The notes under the pieces were generated by a model, which saw only the letters and a program-made list of their open reading frames with translations, ran no database searches and was not told the DNA's origin. From a virus (taxonomy: Duplodnaviria > Caudoviricetes), in IMG/VR virus record IMGVR_UViG_3300025099_000107, positions 1 to 27,752 of that record: a DNA stretch of 27,752 nt; one strand, written 5' to 3'. Every line of letters begins with the position of its first letter. Positions within the stretch are counted from its first letter, which is position 1. This document shows, in pieces, positions 10,064-18,200 of this stretch. The position numbers and the translations under genes were made by a program.

Positions 10064-11029
10064 ATGCCCACGCAAGGAACCTACTTTTTAGATTCAACGT
10101 CCTTTGCAACCGCCACAGCCATATATACAGATGCGGCACTAACAACGGCGGCTACAAATGGCTGGTATAAAACATCTTCTAATACATTTAGACAGCAGAC
10201 AGGTGCACCTAACAATCCTGTATTAAGCTCTACGTTTACATGCGAGTGTACAACATTTAGTGCTTCTACCGCATACAGTTCAGCTCCGTCAGCTTGTTAT
10301 AATGGTGTGGTAAACCAGACTTATTTTCATAATGGTTCTGGTAGTACACCAGTGGCTACAGATGTATGTTATTCAGATGCAGGACAAACATTTTTAGGAA
10401 ATGGATTTTATAAAATATCAGCGACTCAATATATTTCAATTACTGGTGGCGCTGGTGTAGTGGCAAGTGTAGGAACGTTTGTTACAGGAACATCGTTTAG
10501 TAGTAGCACAGTTCAAACTAACTCTACTAACGCTTGTTCTGCTACTATAAACCAAACGTATTATCACGATGGCTCAAGCTCATTGCCAGTTGTAAACGAT
10601 GTGTGTTATGACAACTCATGTATGGCAACTGGAGGTGAAGGATCGCCACCAAATCTTTTAGCAAATGGATATTATAAAATATCCTCAACTGGCACAGGAA
10701 CTTATATGCAGATTTCAAGCAATACAGGTACGGTATCAGCTGTTACAAGTTGCCCATCTTCAACAACATCTTATAGTTCATCAATTGTAGGTGTATTCAA
10801 TTCAGTTTGTCCTTTTGACGGCTCGAACCCACCAGCTAATCAAACATATTATCATGACGGATCCGGAACACTTCCGTCCGCAGGTGACACATGTTATAGT
10901 GATTCAGCGGGAACTACAACTCTAGCTTCAGGTTATTATTATTTAACTGGAACTGGAAACAATAATAGAGAATACATTCAATTAGATAACAACGGTGAGG
11001 TATTATTTAGTTATCCGCAATTATGTTAA
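10064..11029 (+). CDS. Cys-rich repeat protein (4 modules), paralog of the preceding gene, 321 aa
   Basis: Starts with the identical MPTQGTYFL and has three NQTY[YF]H[DN]GS..P...D.CY.D...G[FY]Y modules. Confidence 0.65.
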   Translation: MPTQGTYFLDSTSFATATAIYTDAALTTAATNGWYKTSSNTFRQQTGAPNNPVLSSTFTCECTTFSASTAYSSAPSACYNGVVNQTYFHNGSGSTPVATDVCYSDAGQTFLGNGFYKISATQYISITGGAGVVASVGTFVTGTSFSSSTVQTNSTNACSATINQTYYHDGSSSLPVVNDVCYDNSCMATGGEGSPPNLLANGYYKISSTGTGTYMQISSNTGTVSAVTSCPSSTTSYSSSIVGVFNSVCPFDGSNPPANQTYYHDGSGTLPSAGDTCYSDSAGTTTLASGYYYLTGTGNNNREYIQLDNNGEVLFSYPQLC

Positions 11030-11040
11030 AATAAAAAGAT

Positions 11041-11796
11041 ATGGCTATAGAAACATTACAGACATTATCGTATAACAATGACAGCCAAGGCTGGCCGTCT
11101 TTCTATACTTACTATCCTGATTACATGATAGGAATGAACAGTTTCTTCTATTCTTTTAAAGGTGGTAATTTATATAGACACAATACAAACACCCTAAGAA
11201 ATAATTATTATGGTGTTCAAGGATCCTCTTCAATTACAGGAGTATTTAATCCTAAGCCAACTTTAGATATAAAGTTATTTAAGACGATGTCTTTAGAAAG
11301 TGACGCAAGCTGGACGGCTACAAATATTAAAACAGATCTTAATTCTGGATCTATGCTTAATACTTATTTTGAGCAAAAAGAAGGAGAGTGGTTTACATTT
11401 ATTAGAAGCAAGTCTGATACAGTAAACTGGAAGTTAAGATCAGCAAACGGACTAGGCTCGGCTACAATAGTTGCTGGCCCAGCAAACGCAACAGTTATAA
11501 CATTTACAGAACCTTTTGGAAGTATACTTAGTATAGGAGATGCGATCTATGCAAAGACCACGCCAGAGTTGGTAGGGTATGTTACAGCAATGAGTGGCAC
11601 TACGATCACTGTAGACGCATCCGCACAAGGGGCGTATATCCCTGTACAGGGTGACTTTATTTTATCTTATAAAAACAGCGTTGCTGAATCGCATGGTGTG
11701 CTAGGTTATTACATGGAGTTTACGTTAACTAACGACAATACAACGCCAGTTGAACTCTTCTCTGTAGGTAGTGACATCATGAAAAGTTATCCTTAG
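11041..11796 (+). CDS. Probable C-terminal part of the tail nozzle/stabilisation protein, encoded separately; 251 aa
   Basis: TLSY....GWPSFYTYYPDYMIGMNSFFYSFKGGNLYRHN...KLFKTMSLES...FEQKEGEWF...GYYMEFTLTN...ELFSV resembles the block that normally follows GGYDP..DEY within nozzle proteins. Confidence 0.6.
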   Translation: MAIETLQTLSYNNDSQGWPSFYTYYPDYMIGMNSFFYSFKGGNLYRHNTNTLRNNYYGVQGSSSITGVFNPKPTLDIKLFKTMSLESDASWTATNIKTDLNSGSMLNTYFEQKEGEWFTFIRSKSDTVNWKLRSANGLGSATIVAGPANATVITFTEPFGSILSIGDAIYAKTTPELVGYVTAMSGTTITVDASAQGAYIPVQGDFILSYKNSVAESHGVLGYYMEFTLTNDNTTPVELFSVGSDIMKSYP

Positions 11797-11803
11797 AATT
11801 TAG

Positions 11804-11811
11804 TATCTTTG
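11804..11811 (+). promoter_or_regulatory. Bacteroidota-type -7 promoter element (TAnnTTTG)
   Basis: TATCTTTG between stop 11796 and ATG 11821. The 14-mer AATTTAGTATCTTT recurs on the minus strand at 23461-23474. Confidence 0.55.
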
Positions 11812-11820
11812 TTTATATTT

Positions 11821-12360
11821 ATGCAATTAAAAGAAACTAATATTGCTGAACAAGTTTTAGGATCCATTCCTGCGATAAGAGGAATGATGTGGGAGAAAAT
11901 AAAAGAGTTTCAATATAAATTGAATGAATTAGAAGGAGTGTTAAACCACGAGCCTGGAGAACAAAGAGAAGAAGGTTGGGATAAGTATTTCCCTTTAAAG
12001 CAACATCTAGAAGGAGGTTTGTATACAAGAGAATTGTTTATGCCTAAAGGGAGCGTTGTTGTTAGTATGATTCACAAACAAAATCATCCTTCTTTTTTAT
12101 TAAAAGGGGAGTTGTCTTATTTGACAGATGATGGTGAAGTGGTAACAATAAAAGCTCCGCACAAAATATTTACAAAAATAGGTACTCAAAGAGTATTTTA
12201 TATGCATGAAGATTGTACTTGGTGTTGTGTTTATAAGACGGACGCTAAGACATTTGAAGAAGCTGAAGCAGATGTATATACAAATGACTATAAAGATTTA
12301 CCTAATGAATTAATCTTAAAAAATAAATTATTATGGCAGGCCCAGCAACAGCAGCATTAG
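11821..12360 (+). CDS. Cupin-fold (double-stranded beta-helix) protein preceding the ejection proteins, ~179 aa
   Basis: PLKQHLEGGLYTRELFMPKG.VVVSMIHKQNHPSFLLKGEL...KAP...GTQRVFYMHED pattern. ATG 11821 is preferred over TTG 11809, which overlaps the promoter box. Confidence 0.7.
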   Translation: MQLKETNIAEQVLGSIPAIRGMMWEKIKEFQYKLNELEGVLNHEPGEQREEGWDKYFPLKQHLEGGLYTRELFMPKGSVVVSMIHKQNHPSFLLKGELSYLTDDGEVVTIKAPHKIFTKIGTQRVFYMHEDCTWCCVYKTDAKTFEEAEADVYTNDYKDLPNELILKNKLLWQAQQQQH

Positions 12361-13271
12361 TTTTAGGAGGACTTTCAGCAGCAACAGGATTAGCTAGTTT
12401 CGGTATGGGATTAGGTAACGCCGCTAAAGCCCGAAGAGCTGAACAAAAAGCTGCAAGAGAATCAGAAAAATTAATGGAAGAAGCTGAAAGAAAAGCTGAA
12501 AAAAACTTTTATGAAGGATTAAATGTTCCTTTAGATGCCTTTAACAGACAATATGAGCAGCAATTGCAACAGCAACAACAGGGACTTCAAGCTTTACAAG
12601 AAGGAGATGCAAGAGCAGTTGCTTCTGGTGTAGGAAGAGTAGGAGCGTTAGCTGGAGCTCAAGGAGAAAAAACTAGAATAGCAATGGGTGAAGCTTTGTA
12701 TGCAAATAATAAAATGAAAGCTGATGCAAACCAACAGGTAAATCAGCAGTTAATAGATTTTAAATTAGCTGGTGCTGCCGATCAATCATTAAGAGCAAGA
12801 GAACAGCAACGTATGAGAAAGCAAGGAATGAATCAAGCTTTGTCTGGATTGGGTTCTGCTATTAGTGCTGGTAAAGATATGATTAATTTATATGAAGGAG
12901 ATGAAAGCACTAGAGCTTTTGGGAAATTAACAGATGCTCAAAAAGCAAAATTTAAAGACGGAAGCGGAAACCAAATGACTTCAGATAAAATATTAGAACA
13001 GATACGTCAAATGACACCAGAACAAAGACAACAATTAAGACAAGGAGATGGATCGGAAAATGATATATTTGATTACTCTCAAGTTCAGGTTGGAGAAGGA
13101 ACAGGAACAGGTTTAGGAATGTACAGTCCACAAGGACAAGCTTTCATGGCAGGATCCGCTATAGATCCTGCATTAGGTCAATTAGAACTTCCTCCTATAT
13201 TTGGTGTTTCAAACCCTTATAGCATAGGGCAAAACAACTATGGATTTAATTCTATTTTTAACAACAATTAA
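12333..13271 (+). CDS. Putative internal virion / DNA-ejection (pilot) protein, 312 aa
   Basis: Gly/Ala-rich hydrophobic N-terminus followed by a Gln/Ala-rich coiled coil, at the canonical position after the tail genes in podoviruses. Confidence 0.6.
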   Translation: MAGPATAALVLGGLSAATGLASFGMGLGNAAKARRAEQKAARESEKLMEEAERKAEKNFYEGLNVPLDAFNRQYEQQLQQQQQGLQALQEGDARAVASGVGRVGALAGAQGEKTRIAMGEALYANNKMKADANQQVNQQLIDFKLAGAADQSLRAREQQRMRKQGMNQALSGLGSAISAGKDMINLYEGDESTRAFGKLTDAQKAKFKDGSGNQMTSDKILEQIRQMTPEQRQQLRQGDGSENDIFDYSQVQVGEGTGTGLGMYSPQGQAFMAGSAIDPALGQLELPPIFGVSNPYSIGQNNYGFNSIFNNN

Positions 13272-13273
13272 AC

Positions 13274-15211
13274 ATGGCTGATAGTAAAAATAAATACAGA
13301 GTATATGCAGGGATGGACGATTCCCCTCCAATTAATTGGGGAACAATTGCTAATACTATTAGTGGTCAATTACAAACTATAAAAAAAGAAAGGCAGGACG
13401 CTAGAGATGCTATAGATAAAGCAACATCTGATCAAATGGCTGAACTTAATAAGTTGCCAGATGTAAATAATAGATCTTTATCTAGAATATTAATTGAAGG
13501 AAGTGATCGTTCAAAAAAAGAATTGCAAATGCGTATGCAGTTATTAAAATCTGGAGCCATAAAACCAAAGGATTATGCTTTGTTTATGAACGAACAAAAA
13601 AATGGTTATGCTGAATTTTCTACAACAGTAAAGAATTACGATAAGTGGTATCAAAAAAAAATGGATGAGATTAAAGCAGGTGACGTATCCGCACTAGATG
13701 AAGCTAATGCTCTTTCAATCGAAGGTTTCGGTAATTTAAATGATAAAGTAATTATGACAAACCCTGCTAATGGACAACTACAGGTTGTTACAATGGGTTA
13801 TAATGAAAAAACAAAAAAGTACGATATAATGCCAAATGCAGAAGCTTCACCAGGAAGTTTTGCTGTCCCTGGATCACTGAATGCTCGTATGTCTTTTGAT
13901 GAAAAAAAGAAAAAAACTTCTGAACTTGTAAATAATGAAGTAAAATTTATAGGCGACGAAATTCTTGCTAGAAGCCGAGGCAATGGTGTTGTAGAAACAA
14001 TTGATGATTTCACACAATCTGATGCGTTTGAGCCTTGGAAAAACGCAACTATTGAGAAACTTACGAGTAACGACTATGATTCTACTCAAATATTAATGGA
14101 AGATTCAAGGTATGTAATAGCTTCAAGTATTGAAGAGGCTAGGAAAAAAACTGGTGACGACACCTTAAGTGAAGATTCACCGTTTTTTATTAAGATGGAT
14201 CAGTCGGGAGACAGACCGGTTCCTAAATTAACAGACGATCAACGAAAAGCTGCTAAAGAAATGGTAGATGTATCGATTGAATCACAAATAGGAAGAAAAG
14301 AAGAAAGAACAAGAGAGTTTGATAATCAAGACAGGATTGATAAAAATAAGAAAGAAACAGCTTCTAAGTCAGGAAGGGTTGATGCATTCAACAAAATATT
14401 TAATCCTGAAAGAAGTCAAGATGCTTTAAATACTATTGACACAGACAGCACTTATGACAATATTCAATCTATACAGATGGTAGATAAGGAGGGTAACAAT
14501 GTTGAAAAGGCTGATTATACAAAAGCAGAAAGTATAATGATACAATATTACGACCCTAAGAAAAAAGAAATGGTTGACGGAAAAATTAGAGTTAAAGATG
14601 AAAACGGAAAGGTAAAATCAGGTGAAGAGATTGTTATGGAGATGGTAATAAAATCTGGTATTGATGCTCAAGATTTAACAGCATACAAAGAGGCGTTTAA
14701 AAAGAAAGGTAATAAATTCAATGAATTTAAAGGTATAGAAAACTATCAAAGAAAAGCTAGTGTATTAAAAGAATCAGGGAATATTGAAGTGCCATTAGGT
14801 AAAAGTAGTTATCCTGCATCACAAGCAATAAGTAATGTGCTAAAAGAAGATTTCAAAGACGATGAAGGAGGGCTGGTTGCATTGCAAGAATTAACAAAAG
14901 CTAAGGAAGAAGAAAATGAAGCAAAAGAAAGTGAAGCTGATAAAAAGCTTGATCAATACAAATGGTCTCAAATTACTAACATGATAAACTCAGCGTTTAA
15001 ACCTAGGTTAAGAGGGAAAGCATTTGAATTTAATGTTGGATCAGACGGTAAGTTACAAGTTATATATCAATCAAAAGCAATTGATTTAGGAATTACCAAA
15101 GATGGAATAGGAAATGACGGAGCCAGATTAATTAATGTAATTGAAGCTAAAATTAATAATGCTAACAATCCCTCAAGCAATGATTCAGGTGGTATTAGTG
15201 GAATGGGTTAA
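13274..15211 (+). CDS. Putative internal virion (ejection) protein, 645 aa
   Basis: Charged, helical, Cys-free protein lying between the pilot-like gene and the giant gene. Confidence 0.55.
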   Translation: MADSKNKYRVYAGMDDSPPINWGTIANTISGQLQTIKKERQDARDAIDKATSDQMAELNKLPDVNNRSLSRILIEGSDRSKKELQMRMQLLKSGAIKPKDYALFMNEQKNGYAEFSTTVKNYDKWYQKKMDEIKAGDVSALDEANALSIEGFGNLNDKVIMTNPANGQLQVVTMGYNEKTKKYDIMPNAEASPGSFAVPGSLNARMSFDEKKKKTSELVNNEVKFIGDEILARSRGNGVVETIDDFTQSDAFEPWKNATIEKLTSNDYDSTQILMEDSRYVIASSIEEARKKTGDDTLSEDSPFFIKMDQSGDRPVPKLTDDQRKAAKEMVDVSIESQIGRKEERTREFDNQDRIDKNKKETASKSGRVDAFNKIFNPERSQDALNTIDTDSTYDNIQSIQMVDKEGNNVEKADYTKAESIMIQYYDPKKKEMVDGKIRVKDENGKVKSGEEIVMEMVIKSGIDAQDLTAYKEAFKKKGNKFNEFKGIENYQRKASVLKESGNIEVPLGKSSYPASQAISNVLKEDFKDDEGGLVALQELTKAKEEENEAKESEADKKLDQYKWSQITNMINSAFKPRLRGKAFEFNVGSDGKLQVIYQSKAIDLGITKDGIGNDGARLINVIEAKINNANNPSSNDSGGISGMG

Positions 15212-15221
15212 AAAATAAATA

Positions 15222-18200
15222 ATGAACGACGAAATATTACAAAATATTTGGAATCAACTTACGGCAGATGGAATGACCAATAGTGATTTTGAAACTTGGA
15301 AATCCAATTTTGCAGGGAGTGAAGATATACAAAAAAATGTTCATGGATATTTGCTTGAAAATAATCACACTGATAGTGATATTGATACTTGGAGCTCTAA
15401 TGTAGGGTTAAAAAAAAAAGACGAATCCGACTTATCTGTTCTGGAAAAGGATTTGGTGTTCGGTACGAACGAGGACGAACAAGATGGTTCTTCGGATGGT
15501 TCAGAAGTAACAGATGAAGAAATACCAGAAGTAGTACCTGAAGTTTTAGAGACTGAAATAGAGACTGAAACAGAGACTGAAACAGAGACTGAAACAGAAA
15601 CTGGAACCGAAAATGTAGTTGTAACAGAAGAAGAGAAAAAAACTACTGACGATAAAAAACAATTTTTAATTTCTCAAAACATAAATATCGATGCTTTGTT
15701 TAGACAGGCTCGATTTGGAAACCCTTCTACTGGACAAGGCGGTGATTTTACAGGCACTGAAGAAGAGTTTGTAGACAGATATTACGCTACTTACTTAGTA
15801 GATAAAGGTATTACTAAAACTCAAATAGATTTTGATTCTGCTATTTTAAAACCAAAAGAGGATAGAGAAGCAACAGAAGGATACGAAACTGATGTAGCTG
15901 AAACATTACTAGATAGAGTAAAGATAGATCCGACTGATTATAAAGCATGGGAAGAAGAGACTACGAGAGAAGAAAGTAAAGCTTTTAAGTGGGTAAAAAA
16001 TCTTTTGACTACAGATAAAACTGAAGCTTTCAATAAAGAGCAAAGAGATTTTGAAAAGATCGCTAGTTATAAAGCTTCAGTATTAGGTAAATTAAATGAT
16101 GATATTAATTTGCTCAACACCAAATTAGAACTAGCTAAAGATCCTACAGATATATTACAGCTACAAAACATAAAAGGCCAACTAGAAGCTAAGTACATAG
16201 AAGAACTACAACAGTTAAATGGATTAGCAAATTTATTTCCAACTTTAAAAAAGTATACTATAGATAGAGATCTAGAACGAAGAAAAAATATTTATGACGC
16301 TGCACATTCAGATGACAATGTTGGAGAAGTTACAAGTGAGGTAGGTAATGTATTAAAAACTATACCTGTGGCCTTAGGAGATTTTACAATGGGTAGTTTA
16401 GCGTTTATTACTTCAGGAGCTGATCAGGCTTTATCTGCTGTAGGGTTTGATCAAAAAGGTTTACTAGCTGGTTTAACAGAAAGGTTTTTGGATGGACAAG
16501 AAAGTTTTGAACAGTTTATAGATCCTGTACAGCGTAGTGGAATTATAGATGGTAAAGAGGTAACGGTAAATGGAAAAGAATACATAGTTACATACGATGG
16601 TTCAGTGTTAGACAGAAAGTCTCATGTTAAAATGAACGGAATCATATCTGATGATTTGATAAAAGAAGTGCAAGAGCGTTCAAAAAAAGTTTTAAATTCA
16701 GACACATTTTTTGATGGAGGGGGCGTAGTGTCTTCTGGTTTTACAACTATGGCTAATTTAATTGCACTAATTAGAGGGGGTAGAGGCTTGAGTAAAGTGT
16801 TGAAAGTTTCTCCAGGAGTTGGTATGGGGTTAGCATCTTACGGAAGTTCTATGGCTAGTGAAGTTGAAAGTATGAGAGCTGACTTGATGGCTGCGGGATT
16901 AACAGAGAAAGAAGCTATGGATAAAGCCATAATAGCTGGTAACGCGATTGCATCTTTAGACGGATTGTTTTCAGGTTTAGCTGGCGGGAATCAAAAAGTA
17001 TTATCAAATTTGGCAGGGTTTAAACAGCAGGTAATTAACATAGTAAAAAAAGATGGAGCTAAATTTAGTAAAGATGAGTTAAAAAGAAAGCTTAAAGATT
17101 TAGGAATAGAAATGGGTAGGGAAACTGTTATAGAAGAGCTTCCTGTTTTGTTTTCAACTAAAGCCGTAAACGCAGCTGTAAATTATAGTGTTGGCAGAGA
17201 AGTAAGAAGCGCAGAAGTGTCTCAGGCAGAAATTTTAGAAACAGTGATACTAACATTAGGTGCTACGGGTACATTAGGAGGTAAAACGTTAATAAATAAA
17301 AACACAAGACTTGATGCTTTAAGATACGTTGGTATGAATATAAACGATCTTCAAGGTACTATAGATCAGCTTGTAAAAAACGGAGAGATTACAGCACAAG
17401 AAGGACAAAATGTTTATCAAGAAGTTTATGATATGCAAGCGGCTGAATTAAAAACTAAAGGAACTATTACTAATAGTAATAACATGTTAGAGACCTCTGA
17501 TTTGTTACAACAAAGACAGCAATTAATATCTCAAAGAGAAGGTTTAGAGGGCCCTCTCAAAGAAGATTTAGATAAAAAAATAGAAGACGTTGATCAGCAA
17601 ATAAACGAAGTAGTTAACAGAGATAAAAAAGAAACTGAAGATAAACTTAAAACAGAAAAAGATTCTATTCAAGAAGAAATTACTGTAGCGGAAGCAGGTA
17701 AGAATGAAAAGGCAGATGGTTTTGATAAAGCTCCAGTTTATAAAACAGGAGGTAAACCTGTGTTATTTCATGGTTCAACTAAGAAGTTTACTGAATTTGA
17801 TATTGAAAAAATTGGATCTGGGGCTGATGCAGGGACAGCCAGAGGTATATTTTTTACTAGCGATCCTGAAGTAGCTTCATTTTTTTCTAAAGAAACAGGT
17901 AGTTTTAAAGGTAATGTAATACAAAGTATTAAATCATTAACAGGAAGGTCAGAATCTACTATATATTCAGGTGCGTTAAACACTGATAACATTAAGACTG
18001 TAGATTTTAATGGTCAGCGAACTAGCCCTGAGTTTGATAAAAACAAAACTATTCAAGAAGCTTTTGATCAAGGATTTGATGCGGTAATTTTAAAAAATAT
18101 TGTAGATGGTAATAATAAAGTTCAAGATGTTACTGTTGTAAAAGATATGAGTGTTATTGAAGAGTTCAAAGACACTCAATTGTCAGGAGATAAATTAATT

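Larger units (their letters stand above)
7689..11029 (+). repeat. Array of about 13 degenerate 55-85 aa Cys-bounded protein modules spread over four consecutive ORFs
   Basis: Counted by eye as 3+2+4+4 units. Consensus roughly C...QTYYH[DN]GSG..P..GD..YSD..GTT.L..G[YFW]Y......I....G.V.....C. The 5' 30 nt of ORFs 9051 and 10064 are identical at 27/30 positions. Confidence 0.8.

Noticed and set aside
7689-11029. Diversity-generating retroelement or invertase shufflon acting on the repeat genes
   Set aside because: No reverse transcriptase or recombinase in the window, no long near-identical TR/VR pair with adenine-specific differences, and no inverted repeats seen. All modules are co-oriented and diverged.
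8490-11043. Stop-codon readthrough or alternative genetic code joining the nozzle halves, as in some crAss-like phages
   Set aside because: Junction stops are TAA, consecutive ORFs are out of frame, and each has its own A-rich leader and ATG. Long genes are intact under the standard code, with TAG and TGA used as real stops.
11809-11820. TTG start for the cupin gene as given in the ORF track
   Set aside because: It overlaps the putative -7 box, and ATG at 11821 is more plausible.
15549-15608. CRISPR-like array
   Set aside because: These are contiguous 12-bp coding repeats without spacers.
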